DNA from: Candidatus Omnitrophota bacterium
GTDB taxonomy: Bacteria > Omnitrophota > JAUWXU01
Assembly: GCA_034717435.1 (NCBI GenBank)
Contig: JAYELI010000043.1
Span: 1-54,560, forward strand
Reading direction: 5' to 3'
Length of the DNA: 54,560 bases
Shown here in pieces: positions 9,343 to 18,462 of the stretch. A model generated the notes under the pieces. The model was given only the letters and a program-made list of their open reading frames with translations. It made no database searches and was not told the DNA's origin. How positions within the stretch are numbered: position 1 is the first letter of the stretch; every line of letters begins with the position of its first letter. The position numbers and the translations under genes were made by a program.

Positions 9343-11031
9343 TTATTCTTGCGTCACTCTTATTACTTCTTCCAGGGTAGTTATGCCCTGTTTGGCCTTA
9401 TCCATTCCATCTTGGCTTAATGTCTTCATTCCCGCTGCAATGGCCTGTTTCCTGATTTCCTCTATCGACGCATCTTTTTGGACCAAAATTTTTATCTCAT
9501 CGGTAACCTCTAATAATTCATAAATTCCAATCCTGCCTTTATAACCTGTCCCATTGCAATCATCGCATCCTTTACCTTTGTAAAATTTAGTTTCTGAATT
9601 AGGTTTGATATCTAAATCATCAAGCAAGTTTTTTTCCGGCTGATGGGAAATTTTACAAGAAGAACATATTGTTCTGACTAATCTCTGGGCTAATATACAC
9701 AACATCGAGGAAGCCATTATGTTTTTATCAAGACCCATATCTTTTAATCTGGTTATCGCGGTTGGGGCATCATTAGTATGTAAAGTTGAAAGAACAAGGT
9801 GTCCGGTTAAAGCAGCCCTGAACGCCATGTCTACGGTTTCTTCATCTCTGATCTCACCAATCATTATTACATCCGGATCCTGTCTTAAAAAAGAGCGTAA
9901 GGCGGCGGCAAAATCAAGACCGATCTTAGGGTTCACCTGGGCCTGGTTCACATTCTCCAAGAGATACTCTATCGGATCTTCTATAGTAAGAATATTCTTT
10001 TCCGGAGAACTAATTCTATTTAATACCGCATATAAAGTTGAACTTTTTCCGGAACCGGTAGGACCGGTAACAAGTATTATACCGTGGGGAATTTTAATCA
10101 ATTTCTGAAATTTTTTAAACCCATCTGAGGAAAACCCTAATTCTTCAAGCTCCAGAAACGAAGTGGTCCTGTCGAGAATGCGCATAGATACACTCTCGCC
10201 ATAAGCCATGGGGAATACCGCTATCCTTAAATCAATCTGTTTACCCGCTACTTCTATGCTAAATCTTCCGTCCTGAGGCTTGCGCCTTTCAGCTATATCC
10301 AATCCTGCCAATATTTTAATTCGGGGAACTACCGGCAGGTGAATCTGCATCGGCACAGAAACAATATCGTATAATATTCCATCTATTCGGAAACGAATCC
10401 TTAATTTATTCTGTAGCGGCTCAATGTGAATGTCGCTGGCCCTGCTTTTTAATGCATCGAAAATCATCTGGTTTACAAATTTAATAACCGGAGGTTGTTT
10501 GGCAAGGCTTGTCAGCATATGCGACGTTACGGTTGTCGAAGGGGCATAAACCAGTCCCTGTTCGGTGATTGGCTTTATTATGTCATCTAGAGTGCTTCCC
10601 AGCGTATAAGCCTGCGTTATGCCTTCTAAAATCGCCGTTCTTGTGCTCATTACAACCTGGATATTCCTAAACCCGGTCCTAACCCTTATTTCATCGACAG
10701 AAATAATATCCTGCGGATCTGCCATAGCAATAGTCAGGGTATCTTTAACCTTATAAAGAGGCAATAGGTGCAGCCGCCGGGCTGTTTTCTCATCAACGAT
10801 ATTCAAAACCGCCGGGTCTATTATAAAATTTCTCAGGTCCAAAAAAGCTATTCCTATTTCCTCGCTTATAACTTCGGTAATTTCCTCTTCAGTAACAAAT
10901 TTCTCTCTTATAATAAATTCCTCGATTTTCTCGCCAGCCTTTTCCCTGGCAGACACTATTTGGGACAGTTGTTTGTGGTTGATTTTTCCTTTTTCCAGCA
11001 AAATCTGTTCCAGATTCTTTTTAAATTTCAT
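9343..11031 (-). CDS. GspE/PilB-family secretion/type IV pilus assembly ATPase
   Basis: 562 aa. N-terminal T2SSE_N-like domain, Walker A GPTGSGKSST, Asp and His boxes, tetracysteine motif CSSC...CDDC. Its start overlaps the upstream REC gene stop by 4 bp. Confidence 0.9.
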   Translation of the reverse strand: MKFKKNLEQILLEKGKINHKQLSQIVSAREKAGEKIEEFIIREKFVTEEEITEVISEEIGIAFLDLRNFIIDPAVLNIVDEKTARRLHLLPLYKVKDTLTIAMADPQDIISVDEIRVRTGFRNIQVVMSTRTAILEGITQAYTLGSTLDDIIKPITEQGLVYAPSTTVTSHMLTSLAKQPPVIKFVNQMIFDALKSRASDIHIEPLQNKLRIRFRIDGILYDIVSVPMQIHLPVVPRIKILAGLDIAERRKPQDGRFSIEVAGKQIDLRIAVFPMAYGESVSMRILDRTTSFLELEELGFSSDGFKKFQKLIKIPHGIILVTGPTGSGKSSTLYAVLNRISSPEKNILTIEDPIEYLLENVNQAQVNPKIGLDFAAALRSFLRQDPDVIMIGEIRDEETVDMAFRAALTGHLVLSTLHTNDAPTAITRLKDMGLDKNIMASSMLCILAQRLVRTICSSCKISHQPEKNLLDDLDIKPNSETKFYKGKGCDDCNGTGYKGRIGIYELLEVTDEIKILVQKDASIEEIRKQAIAAGMKTLSQDGMDKAKQGITTLEEVIRVTQE

Positions 11032-11411
11032 AATTTTTTGCCCGTTTTAGTTATAAGCCGTCTGATACATTCCAGTAATTCCTCTGCTTCAAAAGGTTTG
11101 GTTATATAAGCGTCAGCATTAACCTTTTTACCCCATTCTCTATCATCTCTTTGACCAAGCGCTGTTAACATAATAATAGGTGTTTTATCCATTGTCTTAT
11201 CAAATTTTAATAAACGGCAGACCTGGTAACCGTCTAATTTAGGAAGCATAAGGTCCAGAATCATCAAATCAGGCTTTTCCTCTCTGGCCTTCTTGAGTGC
11301 TTCTTGGCCATCAAAGGCAGTAATAACCTGATAATGATTTGCCTCTAATCTCGTCTTTAACATCTCAACTAACCGCTGTTCATCGTCTACTACCAGTATT
11401 TTCTCATTCAT
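11028..11411 (-). CDS. Single-domain response regulator (CheY-like receiver)
   Basis: 127 aa. Acidic pocket VVDDE, phospho-acceptor DLMILDLMLP, conserved Lys in ITKPF. Confidence 0.9.
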   Translation of the reverse strand: MNEKILVVDDEQRLVEMLKTRLEANHYQVITAFDGQEALKKAREEKPDLMILDLMLPKLDGYQVCRLLKFDKTMDKTPIIMLTALGQRDDREWGKKVNADAYITKPFEAEELLECIRRLITKTGKKL

Positions 11412-11412
11412 T

Positions 11413-12588
11413 TTAAACTCCCGGTTTTTTCGGCAAGCTGAATATAAACTTACTACCTTTATTTAATTCTGACTCGGCCCAAATTTTTCCTCCGTGCATT
11501 TCAATGAAGCTTTTACAGATAACCAGACCTAATCCTGTTCCTTTTCCCCGGTAAACTCCTTTCTGGCCGAATTGCGCAAATTTACTGAATAACCTTGGAA
11601 TGTCCTCCCTGGCTATTCCTATACCGGTATCTTTCACCACGATCTCCACTTTATCTTCTTTATTCTTTACTTCTACTGTTATTTTTCCTTTTTCTTTGGT
11701 AAACTTATAGGCGTTGAATATTAAGTTTAAAACGACTTGTCTGATCTTTTCTGCGTCCAGAGAGATTTTTATATCGTTTTGAGGAACAATGCTCGTCAGT
11801 GAAATATCCTTATCCTTAATCAGATGCTTAAATCCATCAATAACTTTATTAACGAGCCCGGATATACCTATCGACTCCTTGTTAAGTTCGACTTTACCGG
11901 CTTCAAGCCTTGAAATATTTAAGAGGTCGTTTACTATTTTGTTCAAACGGTCTATTTCCTCAATAGATATGGCTAAATACTTCCTCTGTTTATTATTAAT
12001 CTCGCCAGTTACTCCATCCAGGACCTGGGAAACCCCTTCCCTGATAGAAGATAAGGGTGTACGTAATTCATGAGATACAATCGAAACAAAATCGCTTTTC
12101 ATCTGGCTGACTTTTCTAAGTTCCTCATTTGCCTTTTTAAGTTTTCGGTCATATTCTTTAGTTTCGGCCTCTAAGCGCTCTCTTTCTTTCTTTTCTTCGT
12201 ACCTCTGGAGCGTTCTTTTAACAACCAAAGAAGTTCCTCCCCTAAAAGCCTCGTCCTTTAACATATAATCATAGGCTCCGAGTTTCATTACCTCCACAGC
12301 AACTTTTTCGCTGCCCGCACCGGTAGACATTATAACCGGTATATCTATATTTTTTTCTTTAAGCTTGCGCATAAAGTCTACACCGGTCAATCCCGGCATT
12401 TTATAATCTACTATAATCACATCGAATCTATCCTTAACCCCGGCTGCCTTTTCTAGACCCTCCGTTGCCGTTCGGGCAGATTCTATCTTTATCTCAAAAT
12501 CCTCAATTGCTTTAAGAGCCTCGGCCATTATCTCTCTATCTATCGGACTGTCATCTATATGAAGTATTTTTATCTCTCTCTTCGCCAT
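11413..12588 (-). CDS. Hybrid REC-HisKA-HATPase_c histidine kinase
   Basis: 391 aa. N-terminal receiver (HIDDSP...IIVDYKMPGLTG), coiled coil, H-box SHELRTPL, and N/G boxes in the C-terminal ATPase. Confidence 0.9.
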   Translation of the reverse strand: MAKREIKILHIDDSPIDREIMAEALKAIEDFEIKIESARTATEGLEKAAGVKDRFDVIIVDYKMPGLTGVDFMRKLKEKNIDIPVIMSTGAGSEKVAVEVMKLGAYDYMLKDEAFRGGTSLVVKRTLQRYEEKKERERLEAETKEYDRKLKKANEELRKVSQMKSDFVSIVSHELRTPLSSIREGVSQVLDGVTGEINNKQRKYLAISIEEIDRLNKIVNDLLNISRLEAGKVELNKESIGISGLVNKVIDGFKHLIKDKDISLTSIVPQNDIKISLDAEKIRQVVLNLIFNAYKFTKEKGKITVEVKNKEDKVEIVVKDTGIGIAREDIPRLFSKFAQFGQKGVYRGKGTGLGLVICKSFIEMHGGKIWAESELNKGSKFIFSLPKKPGV

Positions 12589-12618
12589 TTATGCACCTTG
12601 TTTCTGTTATGTCCTATA

Positions 12619-15396
12619 CTATTTTTTAGGAACCGTAAAATAAAAAACGCTCCCTTTGTCAGTTTCTGATTCGACCCAGATTTCTCCTCCGTGAGATTCC
12701 ACTATTTTTTTACAGATAGTTAGGCCCGCACCTGTGCCTTTTTGGTCATCAGGCTGTAATCTTTGAAATAGACCAAATACCTTTTCACGATATTCTTCCG
12801 GGATCCCTTTTCCGTTGTCTTTGACATAAAATTTGAACTTTTCATCATTAGATTTTTCGCAACCTATTTCCACCTGCGGATTTTTCTTATCGTTATACTT
12901 AACAGCATTAGTAATCAGGTTAGTGAAAAGCTGAGATATCCTTACTTTTTCATATTTAATTGCCGGGAGTTTAAGAATTTTAAGATCGACTTTTCTTTCC
13001 TTGAGACGCAAGAAAAGATCTTCTTTTATCTCATTTAAAAGCTTGTTTAGTTCTATATTCTCGGGAGGTTTTTTCCAGCGGCTTATCCGGGAAAGTTTTA
13101 AAAGGTCTTTTATCAAAACTTCCATTTTGTCCGCCGACTTTTTTATAAGCTCAATATAGTGCTTTGCCTGTCCGTCTAATTTGGACTTGTATTTATCATC
13201 CAGGAAACCAGTAAAAGCAGCAATGCCTCGCAAAGGTTCCTTTAAATCGTGTGAAACAACATAAGTAAAATCATCCAGTTCTTTATTGGATCTTTCTACC
13301 TCGATAACCTTTTGTTCAAGTTTATCTCTGGCTTTTCTTAAATCCTGGCTTATGGTATTTAAATCTTCAATCATAAAAAGCATTGCTTTATCGCCTTTTT
13401 CAAGTTTTTTTATTTTTTCTTCCAGGTCTTTCCTGGTTTTGGACAGGTCGTCTAAAAGTTTTTTATGTTCTCTAATGTCCCTTGCCGCTAAAATAGCGCT
13501 GGTATCCTTTCCCTCGGAATCTTTAAGTAAAGCTCCATTAAGACTTACCAGGATAGGATTACCCGTATTGCTTTTAAATTCTATTTCCAGATTCGATATA
13601 ATCTCTCCCTGAAAAATCCTGTTTTTAAAAATCTTTAAACCTTCGAACTTCGGTGTAAAAAAATCATCCAGAGGATGTTTTAATATCTCATTCTGAGTAT
13701 AACCCAGCAACCGACAGGTAGCGTTATTCACCTTTTTAATCCTTTCGTTGCTATCAATCACCAGCAATGCATCATTCATATTACCAATAATATCGTCAAC
13801 GTAATCCTTTGAAAAAGTCGTCAGGCGTAGATTCTCAGTCATCTGCTTAAAAGCGTTTGCCAGCTGGCCAATTTCGTTTTTATCGTTCAATGCCTTAACA
13901 TCTCCCATATCTATATCTAAATTCCCGTGGGCAGCGCTGTTCATTTTACTAACCAGTTGTTTAAATGTATTTGTCATCGCCGATGTAAAAAAGTAAGCGA
14001 TCGTTGAACCTAACATTATCGCTGTAATGCAGACAAGAACTATCTGGTTTCTTATACTATTTATATCTTCGAAAAACTCATCCAGATAAACAGAAGTACC
14101 TATAATCCAATTCCAGGGTTGAAAATAAACATAAGCCATTGCTCTCAGCCTGGGAAACCGTTTATCTTTGTCTTTCCATAAATAAGTCATTGCCCCAGAC
14201 TCATCTTTTTTCAGATTAGGCGCGCTTTCAATTATTTGTTTGATGAATCGTTTTCCTTTGTAATCCTTCATCAAAAGAACATTTTCGCCATCATCCTTCC
14301 TGCTTTTTGATAAAATATAACGGCCCTCATCCTCTCCCTGGCCGTCAATAATATAGACATATCCCGTCTTGCCTATCTTTTGTTGTGCCATCAAGCTCTT
14401 TAGTTCTTCTTTTTTTATATCTTCAAAGTCCTTCGCAAGCAAATCTTCAGGATAAATAGTCACTCCTACAACCCATTCTTTCTCGGGAATGTGCATCACG
14501 GCAACAAACTTCTTCCTGGCTGACTTCTCTCCGCTATCCTTCCAAACGTAACTATCATAATCAATTTTATCTTCCTTTAAGACTTGCCCTTTTTTAATAA
14601 TATCCTGGATAAAAAATCTTCCTTTACTATCTTCTGCATACCAAATATTAGCCCGATCCATTTTTCTTTCTTTAGAAAGAACATAATTCCCTTTATAATC
14701 GAGTATATAAACATAGCCGGTCTCACCAATAACCGTAGATGACAATAATTCCTTCAATCTCTCTTCAGACAGTTTATCTGCTAATTTGCCAAATTCTAAT
14801 TCTAATTCATCACTTGCCACTCTGACTGCACCATCAACAAGGTTTTTGGCGCCTTCCACCCTCCCTCCTGATTTTACAACACCCATTTCCTTTTTATATT
14901 TCTTTAATGCTGCTGTTACTGATTTAGTATCCAAGCCAATTATTGAACTTGCCTCGGTAATAAGTTTCTTCATATCTTTGATAGCCAGATCGAAATTTTC
15001 AACATACGTATTAAACTCCCGCCCGGCGAAACCGTAAAGAAGCATATTTTTCTCATATTTTCTGGCTCGGAGCAACGGCTCCTTTAAGGCGACCGATGTT
15101 GGGTCTTTTCTGAGATGATTATTTATCAGTTTTAAAATTCCCGAGGCCTGAGAAGTTACAATATTCCTGGTTCTACCCCCAGCAGCCTTTTTATTTTCCT
15201 CAATTAAATCATAATATGCCTGGGTGACAACCAGCCAATCGGAAGATTGAGTCTTTAATGTCACAATAATATTGTTCAATATGCCTTGCCTTGCGCTATT
15301 ATAACTCATTATACCTAACATAATTACCGGCAGGGTAACCAGTAAGATAGATATTAATATTAACTGCCATTTTATATCGATATCGCCGATCTTCAT
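12619..15396 (-). CDS. Sensor histidine kinase, TM-double Cache-TM-HAMP-PAS-HisKA-HATPase_c
   Basis: 925 aa. Two Cache-like modules (GYVYILDYKGNYV and GYVYIIDGQGE), a second TM segment, HAMP, PAS, H-box SHDLKEPLR and a C-terminal ATPase. Confidence 0.85.
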   Translation of the reverse strand: MKIGDIDIKWQLILISILLVTLPVIMLGIMSYNSARQGILNNIIVTLKTQSSDWLVVTQAYYDLIEENKKAAGGRTRNIVTSQASGILKLINNHLRKDPTSVALKEPLLRARKYEKNMLLYGFAGREFNTYVENFDLAIKDMKKLITEASSIIGLDTKSVTAALKKYKKEMGVVKSGGRVEGAKNLVDGAVRVASDELELEFGKLADKLSEERLKELLSSTVIGETGYVYILDYKGNYVLSKERKMDRANIWYAEDSKGRFFIQDIIKKGQVLKEDKIDYDSYVWKDSGEKSARKKFVAVMHIPEKEWVVGVTIYPEDLLAKDFEDIKKEELKSLMAQQKIGKTGYVYIIDGQGEDEGRYILSKSRKDDGENVLLMKDYKGKRFIKQIIESAPNLKKDESGAMTYLWKDKDKRFPRLRAMAYVYFQPWNWIIGTSVYLDEFFEDINSIRNQIVLVCITAIMLGSTIAYFFTSAMTNTFKQLVSKMNSAAHGNLDIDMGDVKALNDKNEIGQLANAFKQMTENLRLTTFSKDYVDDIIGNMNDALLVIDSNERIKKVNNATCRLLGYTQNEILKHPLDDFFTPKFEGLKIFKNRIFQGEIISNLEIEFKSNTGNPILVSLNGALLKDSEGKDTSAILAARDIREHKKLLDDLSKTRKDLEEKIKKLEKGDKAMLFMIEDLNTISQDLRKARDKLEQKVIEVERSNKELDDFTYVVSHDLKEPLRGIAAFTGFLDDKYKSKLDGQAKHYIELIKKSADKMEVLIKDLLKLSRISRWKKPPENIELNKLLNEIKEDLFLRLKERKVDLKILKLPAIKYEKVRISQLFTNLITNAVKYNDKKNPQVEIGCEKSNDEKFKFYVKDNGKGIPEEYREKVFGLFQRLQPDDQKGTGAGLTICKKIVESHGGEIWVESETDKGSVFYFTVPKK

Positions 15397-15403
15397 TTAA
15401 TTT

Positions 15404-16054
15404 TTACTTTTCAGCTTTTGTTTTATCTTTTTCCTGAAGTTGTTTCCGCAAACGCTCTATTTCTTTCTTCATCTCTTCCATCCTGAGCTCTCTGTTTACC
15501 GTAGCCTCCCTGAATCTTTCTAATTCATTCACTTTTTCTTTCAGTTCTTTTGTCCTTTTCTCTATTTTCTGTTCTAAACCCTCGTTCAGCTCTTTTATCG
15601 CATTGGAAGTCTTCACGCGTTCTGTATTATCCATCATAGAAAAAATAAATCCCTCGTCAAGATCATCTCTATTGATAGCCTGCATAATCACCAAAGTGGG
15701 AACACGGTGTCCATCCCGATGGACATAATCATACTCATAACTAATACGTCCTTTTTTTACTATATCTTTATAGATAATTTCATTGTTAACTCTTTCAAAT
15801 TCTTCCCGGTTTGGATAAATAAACGCCATCGACGGTTCATCCAGCCATTTTTCCAACGGCCAGCCTAAAATACCCTCTGCTGCCTTACTTACCCAAATGG
15901 CTTTACTTTTTTTAATAAAAAATGTCGCGGCTGGAGAACCTCCTAAGATTGCGGCTAAAAGTTTGCGAGATTTATCTGTTTTGTCATCTTCTTTTCTGTA
16001 TCTTAACATCTCAACTGTGTCCTCCATCCTTTCTTCGGTATTTATTGAAAACAA
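15404..16054 (-). CDS. PAS-domain protein with C-terminal coiled coil
   Basis: 216 aa. PAS-like core followed by a Lys/Glu-rich heptad region. The track start is TTG and overlaps glucokinase. The ATG at 16009 (GGAGGA 11 nt upstream, 2 nt after the glucokinase stop) or at 16027 is more plausible. Confidence 0.6.
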   Translation of the reverse strand: MFSINTEERMEDTVEMLRYRKEDDKTDKSRKLLAAILGGSPAATFFIKKSKAIWVSKAAEGILGWPLEKWLDEPSMAFIYPNREEFERVNNEIIYKDIVKKGRISYEYDYVHRDGHRVPTLVIMQAINRDDLDEGFIFSMMDNTERVKTSNAIKELNEGLEQKIEKRTKELKEKVNELERFREATVNRELRMEEMKKEIERLRKQLQEKDKTKAEK

Positions 16055-16994
16055 GGCTAACAGCTCCTAAATCGCCGACTTTATCTTTAAGTTTAGAAGG
16101 GACTATCTGACAAACCTGATAGGTCTTTCCGAATGCCTCTTTTTTAGCGCTTTCTTTCATTGGTTTAAACAAGAGTTCGCCGGCTAAAGAAACTCCCCCG
16201 CCGATTACTACCATTTGAGGATTAATTAGATTAAGAACGTTAGCTACACCTATTCCTAAAAATCTTCCTGCTTCCTGAAAAATTTGCTTAGCCAGCTCAT
16301 CACCCTTCTCGGCCGCCTGGCTGACTATTCTGGCAGTAATGGAGCTGCTATTGCCGGCTAATTTTAAAATAAGCGAAGACGGTTCAAACTTAACTTTTTC
16401 TTTGGCCTTTCTGGCTATTGCAGTTCCGCTGGCCAGCGCCTCAAGACAACCACGCTTGCCGCATTTACACTTTGGGCCATCCACCAAGACAACTGTATGT
16501 CCTACTTCAGCGGCATCAAAGCTAGCCCCATGATAAACTTTACCCCCGATAATAAGTCCCCCGCCTATACCCGTACTGACTGTAAAATAAAACATATCAC
16601 CTATGTCTTTACCTGCCCCAAAAATCTTTTCTCCTAAAGCAGCGGCATTAGCATCATTATCCAATATAACCGGCAAATTAAATTTCCGGCTAAATATTTC
16701 CTTTAAGCAAACATTGTTCCAACCGGGCATATTGGGCGTATTAAGAATTACGCCTTTTATCGGATCCAAAGGTCCCGGGGCGCCAATACCCATCCCCTCT
16801 ACTTCAGCCAGGGTAATATCCAAGCGCCTTAACAACTCTTTTATATTTTTGATTATCCTCTTAAGAGTCTGACTCGACCCTTTTTGGGTTTCGGTGGGGA
16901 ATAATGACTTACCTAGTATTCTTCCTTTTTTTGTTCCGATTACACATGATGTCTTGGTACCGCCTATATCTAAACCAATGATATATTTTTTCAC
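16011..16994 (-). CDS. ROK-family glucokinase
   Basis: 327 aa. ATP-binding motif GLDIGGTK, ROK zinc motif HTVVLVDGPKCKCGKRGCLE. GTG start with an upstream GGAGAA. Confidence 0.85.
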   Translation of the reverse strand: MKKYIIGLDIGGTKTSCVIGTKKGRILGKSLFPTETQKGSSQTLKRIIKNIKELLRRLDITLAEVEGMGIGAPGPLDPIKGVILNTPNMPGWNNVCLKEIFSRKFNLPVILDNDANAAALGEKIFGAGKDIGDMFYFTVSTGIGGGLIIGGKVYHGASFDAAEVGHTVVLVDGPKCKCGKRGCLEALASGTAIARKAKEKVKFEPSSLILKLAGNSSSITARIVSQAAEKGDELAKQIFQEAGRFLGIGVANVLNLINPQMVVIGGGVSLAGELLFKPMKESAKKEAFGKTYQVCQIVPSKLKDKVGDLGAVSLVFNKYRRKDGGHS

Positions 16995-17038
16995 GCTCTA
17001 TCGTTCTCCGCTCCTCTTCCGTTTTACAGAAAATAAAA

Positions 17039-17113
17039 TGGTGCCGAGAGTCAGAATCGAACTGACCACGCCGGGCTTTTCAGGCCCGCGCTCTACCACT
17101 GAGCTACCTCGGC
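17039..17113 (-). tRNA. tRNA-Phe (anticodon GAA), CCA encoded
   Basis: The reverse complement GCCGAGG-TA-GCTCAGTGGTAGAGC-G-CGGGC-CTGAAAA-GCCCG-GCGTG-GTCAG-TTCGATT-CTGAC-TCTCGGC-A-CCA folds as a cloverleaf. Confidence 0.92.
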
Positions 17114-17685
17114 ACATTAAGAAGTTTATTTAATGTAATTGTCCTCCGCCAATTAAGATCTTTTAAAAATCTTTCAAAAACCTGATGGGTCGTAATGCAA
17201 TCACCCATTGCCCGGTGGCTTTGTTCAATCTTAATTCCCAGGAACCGGGCTATGCTACCCAGACTGTTATTAGAAAAATTGAAGTGCTTCCTGGCAAGCG
17301 TCAAGGTATCAATTATCTGATAATCAGGAAGCCTAAGTCCGGCCTCCTCAAGCTCAACCTTAAGAAACCTTATATCAAACAGCGCGTTATGACAAACAAT
17401 AACTGCATCGTCAAACATCTTTAACACCTGACCGGATATCTGCTTAAACTTTGGCTTTCCATCCAGCATTTTTTGAGTTATGCCGTTTACCGCATAAGCC
17501 GCCGGGGAAAGTGCTCTTCCGGGGTCTACCAAACTATGAAAAGATTCCAGGTGCTGACCGCTACGAGTCCTCAATACAGCCACTTCGCAAATCTTATCTC
17601 CCTGACCTGGTTCAAGACCGGTAGTCTCTAGATCAAAAAAGGCAAAAATGACATTTTCTAACGCTAAATCATCTTTATCATTCAC
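17104..17685 (-). CDS. DEDDh 3'-5' exonuclease (DnaQ / DNA polymerase III epsilon-like)
   Basis: 193 aa. Exo I FDLETTGL, Exo II HNALFDIRFL, Exo III HRAMGDC. The last 3 codons and the stop overlap tRNA-Phe positions 1-10. Confidence 0.85.
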   Translation of the reverse strand: MNDKDDLALENVIFAFFDLETTGLEPGQGDKICEVAVLRTRSGQHLESFHSLVDPGRALSPAAYAVNGITQKMLDGKPKFKQISGQVLKMFDDAVIVCHNALFDIRFLKVELEEAGLRLPDYQIIDTLTLARKHFNFSNNSLGSIARFLGIKIEQSHRAMGDCITTHQVFERFLKDLNWRRTITLNKLLNVPR

Positions 17686-17687
17686 TT

Positions 17688-18389
17688 TTATTTATAGGAA
17701 TATTTACCCAGTAAATTCATAAGTTTTTCTGCTTCGGCCGGAGGTGTTACCTTTCCGCTTAACAAGATATCTCTGGGAGTAACATCCTTACCATAAAAAA
17801 TCCGATTAGAGTCATTGTTAGGCGTTATTATTGCTCCTTTTAGCGCCACACCCGCAAACAGACCTTTTGTTCTTGAGTAAGAAAAAATTCCTGTCTTAAG
17901 CATGACATCACCGCTCATCTCTGCATCTCTTCCTATCGGACCTGCAGCAACCGCGGCATCTGCGCCAAGTGAAAGCTTGCCCCGAAGAAGACCATCAACA
18001 GCTTCTTCGCCGCTAAATACCAAAATTAGATCTATCGCCTGTCCTCCTATTTGAAGGCCCCAGCTTACTCCTCCGACCGTGAAAAAGGCCGGCGGACCCC
18101 ACTTACCTGTTTTCCGGTCATGGTGTAATATAACCCCTTGGCCATATCTTCCTCCCCAGATAAAGCCGCCTTTAAGCACAGTGGGAAAAATAGCTATTCC
18201 TGTGCAATCGGAAAACATTTGTGTAGGTATACAACCTTCGGGCATCTGCATCATTTCGTCAATAACAGTGATCGAGCTATCAAGCTTTGTCACTAATTTT
18301 TCCCGGTTCGAGCAAAAAGCCTCGTTGGGAAAAACCAGCAGCACTGAGATCACAACAAGCACTGCTGCATAAAAAAATACTTTCTTCAT
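17688..18389 (-). CDS. Secreted SYLF (DUF500/Ysc84-like) lipid-binding domain protein
   Basis: 233 aa with a signal peptide. Gly-rich SYLF-type repeats (GGFIWGGRYGQG, GGVSWGLQIGGQ). Strong RBS GAGGAGGG. Confidence 0.75.
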   Translation of the reverse strand: MKKVFFYAAVLVVISVLLVFPNEAFCSNREKLVTKLDSSITVIDEMMQMPEGCIPTQMFSDCTGIAIFPTVLKGGFIWGGRYGQGVILHHDRKTGKWGPPAFFTVGGVSWGLQIGGQAIDLILVFSGEEAVDGLLRGKLSLGADAAVAAGPIGRDAEMSGDVMLKTGIFSYSRTKGLFAGVALKGAIITPNNDSNRIFYGKDVTPRDILLSGKVTPPAEAEKLMNLLGKYSYK

Positions 18390-18407
18390 ACTTCCCTCCT
18401 CTTAAAT

Positions 18408-18462
18408 GAGTCCCGAAGATTCGGGACGAATTAAATCCTGAGTCCCGAAGATTCGGGACGAA
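18408..18462. repeat. Two identical 23-bp units gagtcccgaagattcgggacgaa (18408-18430 and 18440-18462), each a self-complementary hairpin
   Basis: Perfect direct duplication with a 32-bp period. Each unit has the stem gtcccg(aa)/(tt)cgggac. The pair lies in the 5' leader of the SYLF gene, and the proximal copy ends 8 nt from the RBS. Confidence 0.85.

Noticed and set aside
10945-11031. MshEN-type c-di-GMP binding motif at the N-terminus of the PilB/GspE-like ATPase
   Set aside because: There is only partial resemblance (LLEKGKI..QL). As I remember the motif, the leading Arg-Leu-Gly and the trailing Gln are missing. That is not enough to claim c-di-GMP binding.
18408-18462. Dual-hairpin target site for the ANTAR regulator encoded at 42643
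   Set aside because: As I recall, known ANTAR substrates are two hairpins with hexaloops carrying A at position 1 and G at position 4. Here the hexaloops would be AAGATT (plus strand) or AATCTT (minus strand), which do not fit, and the hairpins are 32 nt apart. I kept it only as a generic repeat or leader hairpin.
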